DNA of 64,000 nucleotides from Phycisphaerae bacterium (GTDB taxonomy: Bacteria; Planctomycetota; Phycisphaerae; SM23-33): positions 10,576 to 74,575 of the forward strand of contig JBEKZI010000003.1 in NCBI GenBank assembly GCA_049510055.1, written 5' to 3'. This document shows, in pieces, positions 47,431 through 59,904 of the stretch. The notes below the pieces were generated by a model, which had not been told where the DNA came from, ran no database searches, and worked only from the letters and a program-made list of their open reading frames with translations. How positions within the stretch are numbered: position 1 is the stretch's first letter; each line of letters opens with the position of its first letter. A program made the position numbers and the translations under genes.

Positions 47431-49377
47431 TCACCGCGGTGGAAGGGAGACCTCCGCCCGATAGTTGGAGCGGTTCCACAGCGGGCACCGCAGCGGCCGG
47501 TAGAGCTCGCCGCGGTGGGGGGCGTCTTGCGTGTAAATCCAGATGGCGTCTTGATCCCACAGGAGGATTTCGTCGCGCCCGTCGCCCAGCAGGTCGATGG
47601 CCTCGGCGCAGAGCTGCGGATGGCCGTCGTCGGGGAAGACCACCACCGTTCGCCCGTGGCCGTCGATCATGCCGCCGTGCTCGACGCTGCCGGACAGCAG
47701 CGCCAGCTCCGTGCCTTTTCCCGTCCAGTTGACCGGGCTCAGGACGTTGCCCGTGGCGTTGGGCTGGAATTGCAGCAGGCGCCGGCCGGTGCAATCGTGC
47801 AGCGAGATAATGCCGGCGTGCCCCCAGTAGGTGACCACGTAAAACTGGACGCCCTCCAGGTCGTCGCGGAATTTCGCCGCCGTCAGCCGCTGGGCGTGGC
47901 CGAGCATTTCGCGATGCAGCACCGTCCCGTCGGGCGCCAGGATGTTGGACCCCTCGTCGCCGCAGGCCAGGGCGATCTGCACGCCCGGCCGATTTGGATC
48001 GAAGGAGCCGACGGCGATCTCGTCGGCGTGGTCGCCCCAGGGCAGTTCCCATCGCAGTTCGCCCGCCGGCCCCACGCGGCTGTAGCCGATGAGCAAGTCG
48101 TCCTTGCCCGTCCCGTCGAAGTCGAACGGCACGGCGAAGTGTCCGGTCTGTCGCGAGCGGCGGTCCCACAGCCGCCGGCCGTGCTCGTCGTAGGCCCAGA
48201 ATTGTTTGTAGCGGTTCTTGATGACGATGTCTGCCGGCCGGGCCAGGCCGCGAAAGTTGGCGATGATGATCGCGTCGCCCAGCAGCCGCCCGAAGCGGTT
48301 CTCCTCGGCCGGGTCGCGCGGCAGGGGGAAGCTGGACTTCACCGACCCGTCGCGCCCGTCGAGGATGTAAAAATTGAAGTTTCTCATACACAGGACTTCG
48401 TCCTGCCCGTCGCCGTCGATGTCATAGACCTGCACCGGCATGTCGCACATCGTCATGGCGGCGTCCAGCCCGGCGGCCGGTGTGCCGAATTGCCACAGGA
48501 CGTTACCGTCCAGGTCCATCGCCGTCAGGGCGCGGAGGCCCCAGCTGTTCGCGTCGCCCGGCAGGAAGGGCACCGTCTGGGCCAGCACGAGGTCCAGGTG
48601 GTCGCGGTTTCGCAGGTGGCCGAAGCGAAGATTGCGGGCCGCGCCGAACCCCTTGGTGTCCAGCCGCCGGACGAGTGCGGGCTTGGGATAACTTTGCCGC
48701 AGATCGTCCAGCTCACGCAGGCGGCGGTCGCGCGTGATGACGTTGGCGGCGCAGACGGAATCCTCAGCCATCACCTCCAGGGAATCGAAAATCGCGGTCG
48801 TCGAGGCCGCGATACCGACCTTGCCGCAAGCGAACGCCGCGTCGCGGGCCGCCAGCAGCGGCCGATCGTCCAGCAGGACCTGGATGTCCGGACCGGCGAC
48901 CTTGACCTGGATGCAGTAGGTCTGGTCGCAGGAATACTCCACGGCTGCCTCCGCCAGGACGGCATGCTCCTCGTGGTCGTCGCGGACCAGGCGGAAAAGC
49001 CCCGGCCCGTCGAAGCCCGCGCGGTAGGTCGTGCGGCTGGTCTGGCAGCGGAACAGCACGCCGACAAAGCCGTCGGCCCGCAGGGGCTGGAGGCGGACGG
49101 TCAGGACGTAATCGGTCCAGCCGTCTGAGCCGGTGGTGAGCATCCGCAGGATGCGCTTATCCGGCAGGAGCGTCTGGAGCATTCGCCGCCGGTTGCCGTC
49201 TTGGAAGACCACCCACGCCACGTTCGGCCGCCAAGAGTGCAGCCGCGTGGGCTGATACCAGCGGCCTGTTCGGCCAGAAGGGGGCAGGTAGTGATACTCG
49301 CCGGTGGCGAAGTAATCCGACGGAAACGGCCCAATGTCCAGATCGCTGAAATCCTCATGTGCCAAGACGTTTTGCAT
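47431..49377 (-). CDS. FG-GAP/beta-propeller protein, possibly polysaccharide-lyase family 11 (rhamnogalacturonan lyase)-like
   Basis: Ca-binding FG-GAP motifs 'YDIDGDGQDEV', 'FDFDGTGKDDLL', 'IDLLGDGRDEIL'. ATG 49377, with an alternative TTG at 49392. Confidence 0.5.
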   Translation of the reverse strand: MQNVLAHEDFSDLDIGPFPSDYFATGEYHYLPPSGRTGRWYQPTRLHSWRPNVAWVVFQDGNRRRMLQTLLPDKRILRMLTTGSDGWTDYVLTVRLQPLRADGFVGVLFRCQTSRTTYRAGFDGPGLFRLVRDDHEEHAVLAEAAVEYSCDQTYCIQVKVAGPDIQVLLDDRPLLAARDAAFACGKVGIAASTTAIFDSLEVMAEDSVCAANVITRDRRLRELDDLRQSYPKPALVRRLDTKGFGAARNLRFGHLRNRDHLDLVLAQTVPFLPGDANSWGLRALTAMDLDGNVLWQFGTPAAGLDAAMTMCDMPVQVYDIDGDGQDEVLCMRNFNFYILDGRDGSVKSSFPLPRDPAEENRFGRLLGDAIIIANFRGLARPADIVIKNRYKQFWAYDEHGRRLWDRRSRQTGHFAVPFDFDGTGKDDLLIGYSRVGPAGELRWELPWGDHADEIAVGSFDPNRPGVQIALACGDEGSNILAPDGTVLHREMLGHAQRLTAAKFRDDLEGVQFYVVTYWGHAGIISLHDCTGRRLLQFQPNATGNVLSPVNWTGKGTELALLSGSVEHGGMIDGHGRTVVVFPDDGHPQLCAEAIDLLGDGRDEILLWDQDAIWIYTQDAPHRGELYRPLRCPLWNRSNYRAEVSLPPR

Positions 49378-49410
49378 AATCTTGAAGCGCAAAATTCAAA
49401 TCAATGAAAC

Positions 49411-49540
49411 AAATTCGAATATCGAAATCCGAAACAAACGACAATTCAGCAAACAACAAAACAAAATCGTTCGCGTTATACTTTGCCTAGGGTCGTTTTG
49501 CCTTGTTGGTGTTTGTTTCGAGTTTCGATATTCGGATTTA
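49411..49540. repeat. AT-rich imperfect palindrome (inverted repeats of ~23 bp at ~87% identity, flanking a ~75-bp core) in the valS 3' spacer
   Basis: 'tcgaatatcgaaatccgaaacaa' (49414-49436) versus the reverse complement of 'ttgtttcgagtttcgatattcgg' (49513-49535). Local GC ~30% against ~65% background. Confidence 0.4.
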
Positions 49541-49554
49541 AATTTCCACTGAAG

Positions 49555-52602
<3,048 letters not shown>

Positions 52603-52642
52603 CGTTCGCTTTCGTCCGGCCCCTGACCGCAACCGCAGGGGG

Positions 52643-54262
52643 CTAGGTCGCCTTGTCGAACTCCTTGAGCAGCTTGTACTCCATCGCGTCGGCCAGCGCC
52701 AGCCAGGACGCGTCGATGATATTCTCGCTGACGCCGACGGAGCCGAAGTAGGCCTCCCCGTGGGCGTCGTGCCAGTCGATGACGACGCGGACCTTGGCCT
52801 CCGTCTCGGCGGCGGTGTTCACCACGCGAACCTTGTAGTCCACCAGGTGCAGGTCGTCCACGTGCGGGTAGCGCCCGCGCAAGGCCGACCGCAGGGCCTT
52901 GTACAGCGAGTCCACCGGGCCGGACCCCTCGGCCACGGTGTGGACCTCCTGGCCGTCCAGCGTCAGCTTCACGCTGGCCTCGGTGTTGGAGGCATGATCG
53001 TTCTGCTTGGAGATGACGCAGCGGTAGTGGTCCAGCTCCCAGAGCCGGCGGTACCACGCCCCGCCCAGCGTCTTGCGGATGAGCACCTCGAAGCTCGCCT
53101 CGGCCGCCTCGAACTGATAGCCCTGGTTTTCCATGTCCATCAGGGCCTTGAGCACCTTGCGCTGGGCGGCCTTGTCGTCGGCGATGTGGAACTTGGCCGA
53201 GGCCGCGGCGGCGATGTTGCTCACGCCGGACAGCTCGCTGACCAGCACCCGCCGGCTGTTGCCCACCGTCGCCGGGTCCATGTGTTCATAGGTGGCCACG
53301 TTGCGGGCGACGGCGTGGACGTGCATGCCGCCCTTGTGGGCGAAGGCCGCCGAGCCGACGAACGGCTGGTTCTCGCGCAGGTTGAGGTTGGCCACCTCGT
53401 ACACGAAGCGGCTGACCTCCGTGAGATTTTTCAGCGAGTCTTTGTGCAGGCATTGGTAGCCGTACTTGACGACCAGGTTGGGGATGATGGCGGTCAGGTC
53501 GGCGTTGCCGCACCGCTCGCCGATGCCGTTGATGGTGCCCTGGACGTGCCGGACGCCGGCCTGCACGGCCGCCAGCGTGTTGGCGACGCCCATGCCGCCG
53601 TCGTTGTGGCAGTGGATTCCCAGCGGCACGTCGCCCAGGGCCGACCGGACGGCCTGGACGCACTCGGTGACCTGCTCCGGCAGGGCGCCGCCGTTGGTGT
53701 CGCACAGGACCAGGCACGCGGCCCCGGCCTGCTGTGCGGCGCGGAGCGTGGCCAGGGCGTAATCGGCATTCGCCCGCCAGCCATCGAAGAAGTGCTCGGC
53801 GTCGAAGATCATCTTTCGCCCGGCCTTGGCGATCAGGGCCACCGAGTCGGCGATCATGGCCAGGTTCTCGTCGTTGCTGACGCGCAGCACGTCGCGGACG
53901 TGCAGGTCCCAGCTCTTGCCCACGATCGTCACGACGGGGGCCTGGCTGTCCAGCAGGGCCTTCATGCCCTCGTCGTCCTGGGCCGGCGTGCCTTTGCGCC
54001 GCGTCATGCCGAAGGCGGCTAGCGCGGCGTGGCTCAGCTTCCGCTGCTGCATCTGCACGAAGAAGGCCGCGTCCTTGGGATTGCTCAGCGGGTAGCCGCC
54101 CTCGATGAAGTCCACGCCCAGGCGGTCCAGGGCCTCGGCGACCAGGAGCTTGTCCTCCAGCGAAAGGCTGACGCCCTCAGCCTGGGCGCCGTCGCGGAGC
54201 GTGGTGTCGTAGATTTCGATCTTCTGCGTTTTTTGCGACGCTTTTTGCGATGAAGGTGTCAT
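52643..54262 (-). CDS. LeuA-family synthase: (R)-citramalate synthase / 2-isopropylmalate synthase with C-terminal LeuA-dimer regulatory domain
   Basis: ATG 54262. 'IEIYDTTLRDGAQAEGVSL' DRE-TIM start; HxH metal site 'LGIHCHNDGGMGVANTLAAV'; C-terminal allosteric domain. Confidence 0.8.
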   Translation of the reverse strand: MTPSSQKASQKTQKIEIYDTTLRDGAQAEGVSLSLEDKLLVAEALDRLGVDFIEGGYPLSNPKDAAFFVQMQQRKLSHAALAAFGMTRRKGTPAQDDEGMKALLDSQAPVVTIVGKSWDLHVRDVLRVSNDENLAMIADSVALIAKAGRKMIFDAEHFFDGWRANADYALATLRAAQQAGAACLVLCDTNGGALPEQVTECVQAVRSALGDVPLGIHCHNDGGMGVANTLAAVQAGVRHVQGTINGIGERCGNADLTAIIPNLVVKYGYQCLHKDSLKNLTEVSRFVYEVANLNLRENQPFVGSAAFAHKGGMHVHAVARNVATYEHMDPATVGNSRRVLVSELSGVSNIAAAASAKFHIADDKAAQRKVLKALMDMENQGYQFEAAEASFEVLIRKTLGGAWYRRLWELDHYRCVISKQNDHASNTEASVKLTLDGQEVHTVAEGSGPVDSLYKALRSALRGRYPHVDDLHLVDYKVRVVNTAAETEAKVRVVIDWHDAHGEAYFGSVGVSENIIDASWLALADAMEYKLLKEFDKAT

Positions 54263-54678
54263 GGTGTTTTTATCCTGCAAGCGTCCGGCGGCCTGTGGAA
54301 ATCTTCGGCCGGGGCGCCTGAATTCGTATCCTAAATGGGGCCATAACAAAACAAAAAACCCTGAAGCTTTTGTTTCGCCTCAGGGCCGTGGTCTTGGAAA
54401 CGCTCCGGCGATTCACGCCGGCCCTAAGGCACGCAACGTACGATGACCGCGACAATAATACCTGCGCGGACGAAGGGCGCACCCCCGCAAGGGGTCGTAA
54501 CGTCGGATGCCTGTGCCTGCTTCGTCCGCATGGGTCCTCGTACTTTGCATGCCCGTAAGGGCCGTCGTTTTACCGATTATAGTCCAAAGGTCCCGGCCGT
54601 CAATATCATGTTCAGCGGCCTTGGGATTTGGTAGCTTATGCCCGGCCGGGCTCGACGTGGCCAAACGGATAAAGAACG

Positions 54679-55944
54679 ATGAAATTTCAAGCCGTCAAAG
54701 GAACCCGAGACTTCTACCCAGACGCCATGCGCGTCCGCAACTGGATCACGGACGCTTGGCGGCGGGTGTCGCTGCGCAACGGTTTTGAGGAATACGACTC
54801 GCCGATCTTCGAGTACCTGGACCTGTTCGAGGCCAAGAGCGGGCCGGAAATCTCCGAGCAGTTGTTCGCCTTCACCGACCGCGGCGGCCGGCGGCTGGCC
54901 ATCCTTCCGGAGATCACGCCGTCGCTGGCCCGCATGGTCAACGCCAAGGTCAACGCCTTGCCCCGGCCGATCAAGTGGTTCTCCATCCCGCGGATCTGCC
55001 GTGCAGAGAACCCCCAAAAAGGCCGGCTGCGAGAGTTCTTCCAGTGGAACATCGACATCATCGGCGAAGAGTCTCCCGGGGCCGATGCCGAGTGCGTCCT
55101 GGTCGCCGTCGAGGCCCTGCGGGAGCTTGGCCTGACCAGCGATGAAGTGAAAGTGCGATATTCCAGCCGCGCCCTGATCGCGGCCGTGCTGAAGGCCCTG
55201 GCGGTGGGGGAGGAGCAGGTTCCCAAGATTCTTTCGGTGCTGGACAAGCGGTCCAAGGTGCCGGCGGAGGCGTTCAACCAGATGCTCCGCCAAGCTGTGC
55301 CAGACGAGTCGGCCCGGCGGGGGATTCTGCGGTTCCTGGATTCAAAGGGGACTGATGTAGGCAAGCCTTCGCCCCAGGCCGAAGCGGCCCTTGGCGAGTT
55401 GGAACAATTCCAGGCGGCGATGAAGAATTTCGGCATCGCCGATTGGTGCCAGTATGACACAGGCGTGGTCCGCGGGTTGGCGTACTACACGGGCATCGTG
55501 TACGAGATTTTCGACGCCGGCCAGGCGATGCGGGCCGTGGCCGGTGGGGGGCGGTACGACAACCTGCTGGAGGCCCTGGGCGGGCCGAAGATCGCTGCCA
55601 CGGGCTTTGGCATGGGCGACGTGGTGCTGGGAATCCTGCTGGAAGAAAAAGGCAAGATTCCCAAAGAATTCCCTGGCCAGCGGCTGGATTTCTTCGTCAT
55701 CGACGCAGACGAGGGGCAGGTCCAGGCCGTACTAGCCGTCGTGGCCGCGTTACGGAAGGGGGGGCTGGCGGCCGACTTTAGCTACAAGCGCCAGCCGCTG
55801 GGCAAGCAGCTCAAAGAGGCCAACCGCCGCTCGGCGCTGCGGGCGGCCATCGTCCGCGGCCAAACGGTGACGGTGAAAGACCTGGCCAGCGGACAGCAGG
55901 TCGACCGGCCCATCGACGAATTCCTGGCCAAGCCTCTGGGATAA
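54679..55944 (+). CDS. hisS: Histidine--tRNA ligase
   Basis: 'VKGTRDFYPD' motif; class II aaRS motifs 2/3 ('GGRYD', 'GFGMGD'); anticodon-binding C-terminal domain. Confidence 0.9.
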   Translation: MKFQAVKGTRDFYPDAMRVRNWITDAWRRVSLRNGFEEYDSPIFEYLDLFEAKSGPEISEQLFAFTDRGGRRLAILPEITPSLARMVNAKVNALPRPIKWFSIPRICRAENPQKGRLREFFQWNIDIIGEESPGADAECVLVAVEALRELGLTSDEVKVRYSSRALIAAVLKALAVGEEQVPKILSVLDKRSKVPAEAFNQMLRQAVPDESARRGILRFLDSKGTDVGKPSPQAEAALGELEQFQAAMKNFGIADWCQYDTGVVRGLAYYTGIVYEIFDAGQAMRAVAGGGRYDNLLEALGGPKIAATGFGMGDVVLGILLEEKGKIPKEFPGQRLDFFVIDADEGQVQAVLAVVAALRKGGLAADFSYKRQPLGKQLKEANRRSALRAAIVRGQTVTVKDLASGQQVDRPIDEFLAKPLG

Positions 55945-56038
55945 GCCGCCAAGTTAACCGGGGACCGCCATCGCGCGGCTCGACAAAGGAGTTCGGCTGA
56001 GGCTCACTCGAAGCCCTCGCCGAAATCGATCGACAAGG

Positions 56039-56554
56039 ATGGCACATCGCGACAACCATTACGAAGCCGCCTTCGAGGACTACCTGCGGGCCAAGGGCTG
56101 GCCCTATGTGGCCGTCGATGAAGCCAAAAAGGCCATGTTCGCCAGTGTCGCGCTGAAGAGCTTCGATTTCGTCGTCTACAGCTCCACCGGCCCCAACCTG
56201 ATCGTGGACGTCAAGGGCCGGAAATTTCCAAGCGGCGGCAGGGGGGTCAAGTCCAAGCGGACCTGGGAAAACTGGATCACCCGCCAGGACGTCGAGGGCC
56301 TGACGCAGTGGCAGGAGGTCTTCGGCAGCGCGTTCGTAGCCGTGCTGGTATTCGCCTATTGGTTCCAGGGTCCGCCGCAGCGGTCGCCCTTCGGCGACGT
56401 GCACGTGTTCCGCCAGCGGCATTACGCCTTCCTGGGGATCCGCCTGGCGGATTACGTGGCCGCCGCCCGGCCGCGAAGCGCCAAGTGGCAGACCATCACC
56501 GTCCCGGCCGCCACGTTCTCCCGCTCGGCGACGGATTTCGCCTCGTTCCTGTAA
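56039..56554 (+). CDS. HYExAFE-family protein (predicted PD-(D/E)xK-like nuclease fold)
   Basis: N-terminal 'HYEAAFEDYLRAKGW' signature; 'DFVVY...LIVDVKGRK' core. Confidence 0.55.
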   Translation: MAHRDNHYEAAFEDYLRAKGWPYVAVDEAKKAMFASVALKSFDFVVYSSTGPNLIVDVKGRKFPSGGRGVKSKRTWENWITRQDVEGLTQWQEVFGSAFVAVLVFAYWFQGPPQRSPFGDVHVFRQRHYAFLGIRLADYVAAARPRSAKWQTITVPAATFSRSATDFASFL

Positions 56555-56612
56555 CCTGCCTGCCGGCAGGCAGGGTTGCGGAACGCCTCCTCGGCCGCTA
56601 GGATGCCAAGCC

Positions 56613-56816
56613 ATGAAGGTGATGACAAAATTAGGGATTGCGGCACCGGTAATCCTTGCCGCCTTCCAGACCGCCCTGGCCGCCGAGGCCAGGAAGCCCG
56701 CGGCGCCCCCATTGGATCCCTCCGTGTCATGGACGGCCATCATCGGCAGCATCGTAGCCGTCCTGGTCATCTGCGTCCTGGGCTTCATGAGCAGCCGCAG
56801 GACGCATCTGGACTGA
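56613..56816 (+). CDS. Small (67-aa) membrane protein with signal peptide, Pro-rich linker and C-terminal TM
   Basis: 'MKVMTKLGIAAPVILAAFQTALAA...IIGSIVAVLVICVLGF'. Stop overlaps the bioB start (tgATGg). Confidence 0.35.
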   Translation: MKVMTKLGIAAPVILAAFQTALAAEARKPAAPPLDPSVSWTAIIGSIVAVLVICVLGFMSSRRTHLD

Positions 56817-57898
56817 TGGCAAAGATTGCGCAGGCTCCTAAGGCGGCAGTGGTGTCAGCGTCCGTGTCCGTGCAAAAAGCCATAGCTCAGCTCGGCGAAG
56901 CAGTCCTGTCCGGCCAACTCCTGAACGCCGACCAGGCCTTGTATCTGGCCAACCTGGCCGCGGCGGACCCCTGGGAGGCGATGGCCTGGGCCCACCGCGT
57001 CCGCCAGGAGCGATTCGGAAACCAGGTGCGGTTTTGCTCGATTATCGCCGGCCGATTGGGGGCCTGCTCGGAAGACTGCAAGTGGTGCGCCCAATCGCTG
57101 GCCTGGACGCCGTCCCGCCGGCAGACAGCCAAGGAGGCCGCGCCGGCCAAACCGCGCGTCGCCCCCCGCCGGGAGATTCTGGCCGCCGCCCACGCCGCCC
57201 GCGAGAACAGTGCGGCCTGTCTGGGCATCGTCAACTCAGGCCGGCGACCCTCGGCTGCCGACCTGGGCGCCGTGGCCGAGGCAGCGGGGGCGATCCTGTC
57301 CGATATGTCCTGCCCGCTGGGCGTCTGCGCCTCGCTGGGAGAAATCACGGCCGATCAGGCCCGGAAGCTCGCCGGGGCCGGAGTCCGCCGATACCATCAC
57401 AATCTGGAGACCTCCCGGCGGTTTTTTCCCTCGATGGTCACGACCCACGGTTATGACGACCGTCTGGCCACCCTCGCCGTGGCCCGCTCGGCCGGGATGA
57501 GCCTGTGCTGCGGCGGCATCTTCGGGCTAGGTGAGACCTGGGCCGACCGCGTGGACTTGGGCCTAACCCTCCGCGACCAGGTCGCCCCGGAGGTCGTGCC
57601 CCTAAACTTCCTGCACCCCATCCCCGGCACGCCACTGGAACACGCCCAACCCCTCCAGCCCATGGAGATCCTAGCCATCGTCGCCATCTACCGGCTTATC
57701 CTGCCCGCCGCCGACATCAAGGTCGCCGGCGGCAGGGAGGTCAACCTCCGCGACCTGCAAAGCTGGGTCTTCCACGCCGGGGCGACCAGCCTGATGGTCG
57801 GCAACTACCTCACCACGCCCGGCAGGGGGGCCGCGGCCGACCTCCAAATGGTCCAGGACCTCGGCCTGACGCTCGTCAATGACTTCTCCAAGCCTTAG
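56816..57898 (+). CDS. bioB: Biotin synthase (radical SAM)
   Basis: ATG 56816. 'CSEDCKWCAQS' CxxxCxxC; 'MVGNYLTT'; second cluster Cys/Arg region. Confidence 0.9.
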   Translation: MAKIAQAPKAAVVSASVSVQKAIAQLGEAVLSGQLLNADQALYLANLAAADPWEAMAWAHRVRQERFGNQVRFCSIIAGRLGACSEDCKWCAQSLAWTPSRRQTAKEAAPAKPRVAPRREILAAAHAARENSAACLGIVNSGRRPSAADLGAVAEAAGAILSDMSCPLGVCASLGEITADQARKLAGAGVRRYHHNLETSRRFFPSMVTTHGYDDRLATLAVARSAGMSLCCGGIFGLGETWADRVDLGLTLRDQVAPEVVPLNFLHPIPGTPLEHAQPLQPMEILAIVAIYRLILPAADIKVAGGREVNLRDLQSWVFHAGATSLMVGNYLTTPGRGAAADLQMVQDLGLTLVNDFSKP

Positions 57899-58144
57899 GC
57901 CTTAAGTAGGGGAAAAACCGCCTTTAGCGGCCTTTTGTAGCCATTATCGCCCCAGGCCGGGGGGTTCCCCGGCCCTAGGGTCTAGGACCCTAAAAACGCC
58001 TTTCCCCTACACTGAACGTCACATAACATATATTATCGGACTATAAGGATGGCAGGCCGGGAGTGAGGTTTGGGGGCCTGGACGGCTCACGGACCAGGCG
58101 GGACAGCTACGGTAGAGGAAAAAAACGCCCATTCATTATTTATC

Positions 58145-58173
58145 TTGACAGGGTAAACCTTTGGCCGTATCAT
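58145..58173 (+). promoter_or_regulatory. Near-consensus sigma70-type promoter (TTGACA-17-TATCAT) with upstream A/T tract
   Basis: 'cTTGACAgggtaaacctttggccgTATCATagag'. Lies ~270 nt upstream of the PEP-CTERM gene inside a low-GC island. Confidence 0.5.
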
Positions 58174-58452
58174 AGAGAAATTGCTGGAGGTAGCAAAAGG
58201 CTGTAAGGCGGGTTCTACGCTTAAGATCCCGCCGGATGTAGCGGAACCGCAAAACGCTTAGGTTCCGAGTTATCCGTTCTTTCAGGAGAGTTTGGCTGAT
58301 TCGCTTCGGTTCTCTGAGAAAGCAATCACGTTTGGGCTTTTCATTTACAAGGTCATCGGAGCTTTCTCGAAGGTCGAAGTGACGCAAGCCCCCTGCCGGG
58401 ACGGCTTATAAAAGGCAGTCAATAACGCTCAGCTTTTAGAGGAGGAGATACA

Positions 58453-59799
58453 ATGAGGATTCTGCCGTTTGCCAGGGTTGCTTTGCTCTCCCTGGTCATG
58501 CTGGCCCTAGCCGGCCAGGCCCTGGGCGCCTACGAACCGACGCCGCAGCAGGGCTACTACCGCGATCTGCGGTCCAACTACAACAACACGTGGTACATCT
58601 TCAATGACAGCAACGAAGATGGCATCCTGAACCCCGGCGACACCTACATCTCTCAGATGAAGAATTGGTGGACGCCGGTGTCCAGCGGTTCCCAGGGACT
58701 CTACAACGACGATCCCAACGTGACCTCGGGCGACCTGACTTCGGCCCCGATGAACTGGGCGACGTACACGCTGCCCAGCGGCGATCCCAACGCCAACAAT
58801 CCAAACTACAACTACTGGCTGCCGCGGGCGAACAACGCCATTAACTTCTACATGTCCTACAGCCAGTTCGACAATTGCACCTGGGATGACCCCAACTTTA
58901 AGTACGGCAGCAACCCGACTCAATCGGCAATCGTTCGCCAGCGGCACGAAGGCCGCGGCGGCTGGAACCTGGGATGGGTGATCGGCGACAGCAACGCCGA
59001 GCTGACGCAGACCCCCGCCGGCACGTTTAACATGACCGTCGCCGTCCACGATGGCGGAGGCACGTTCAACGGCGGGACGACCGTCAACGGCCAGCCGTTC
59101 GGGACCAGCATCTCCAATCCCCAGGTGTCCATGAGCAACGACATCAATCCGGTGCTCAGCCTGGACAAGACGCTGGACTACAAGACGCGCCATCCGGCGA
59201 TCTTTGACGACGCCAACGGCAGTTACACCTGGGCCGTCAACCAGCTCCGCATGACGGCCAACGGCTATGACGCCAACGACCTGACCACGCTGGTCAATTC
59301 CCAGGAACTGAAAGAGGTCCCCGGCTTCAACTCAGGTAAGCTGGATGCCTGCGGCCACGCGTACCTCTATCAGGACGCCTTTACGGGATACTTCAACCGC
59401 GTGACCGGCGCGACGGACGGCGGCGTGCTCGCCGGCCTGTCGGGCTATAACAAACTCAGCGACTGGTCCGATCAGCAGGTCATCCGCATCATGATCGACG
59501 CGAACTCGCTGAAGTCCGGCGGGATCACCCAAGTCAACTTCTTTGACTTCGGCGATTCCAACGCCGCCACCTGGGGCACCAACACGGGCCAGCAGGTCAA
59601 TCCCAAGACGATCAGCTTCTATGCCGACGCGGGTGGCAATCTCTTCATGGGCGATCCGAACGGCGATCCAAACAGCTGGGTCTACTTCTCGGACAACATC
59701 ATCTACATTGCCACGACCAATCAGATTCCCGAGCCGGCCACCCTGTGCCTGTTGGCGCTGGGCGCCGGCTTGATGGTACTCCGTAGACGTAGGCGGTAA
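58453..59799 (+). CDS. Secreted PEP-CTERM-anchored protein (exosortase substrate) with repeated DPN motifs
   Basis: GGAGGAG lies 5 nt upstream of the ATG. Signal peptide 'MRILPFARVALLSLVMLALAGQALGA'; C-terminal 'IPEPATLCLLALGAGLMVLRRRRR'. Confidence 0.75.
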   Translation: MRILPFARVALLSLVMLALAGQALGAYEPTPQQGYYRDLRSNYNNTWYIFNDSNEDGILNPGDTYISQMKNWWTPVSSGSQGLYNDDPNVTSGDLTSAPMNWATYTLPSGDPNANNPNYNYWLPRANNAINFYMSYSQFDNCTWDDPNFKYGSNPTQSAIVRQRHEGRGGWNLGWVIGDSNAELTQTPAGTFNMTVAVHDGGGTFNGGTTVNGQPFGTSISNPQVSMSNDINPVLSLDKTLDYKTRHPAIFDDANGSYTWAVNQLRMTANGYDANDLTTLVNSQELKEVPGFNSGKLDACGHAYLYQDAFTGYFNRVTGATDGGVLAGLSGYNKLSDWSDQQVIRIMIDANSLKSGGITQVNFFDFGDSNAATWGTNTGQQVNPKTISFYADAGGNLFMGDPNGDPNSWVYFSDNIIYIATTNQIPEPATLCLLALGAGLMVLRRRRR

Positions 59800-59904
59800 T
59801 TTGTAGAACGAGAATTGTATCCCTCCTTACGTGGCGACCCGCCGATGAGCAATCGGCGGGTCGCCTTATTTTTCGCCCGATCTCCCCTACCGCCGCCGGC
59901 CGTT

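Noticed and set aside
47372-48391. Upstream 340 codons of ORF 46748..48391
   Set aside because: Poly-Arg/Gly/Pro composition and overlap with the FG-GAP gene on the same strand. BFN-domain homology starts at ATG 47371.
54263-54678. T-box or leucine-leader element in the cimA/hisS divergent spacer
   Set aside because: Looked for the T-box 'GGGTGGNACCGCG' core and for a Leu-codon-rich leader peptide on either strand. Only generic hairpins (for example GCCCGGCCGGGC) were found. Evidence is insufficient to call a riboregulator.
55811-56788. 325-aa minus-strand ORF overlapping the hisS 3' end, the HYExAFE gene and the small membrane ORF
   Set aside because: Pro/Gly/Arg-rich; overlaps two better-supported genes on the opposite strand.
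58136-58387. 83-aa minus-strand ORF in the low-GC leader region
   Set aside because: Sits antisense to the promoter/leader of the PEP-CTERM gene. It has no RBS and a Lys/Arg-rich composition from AT-rich DNA. It is kept only as an alternative explanation in the leader finding.
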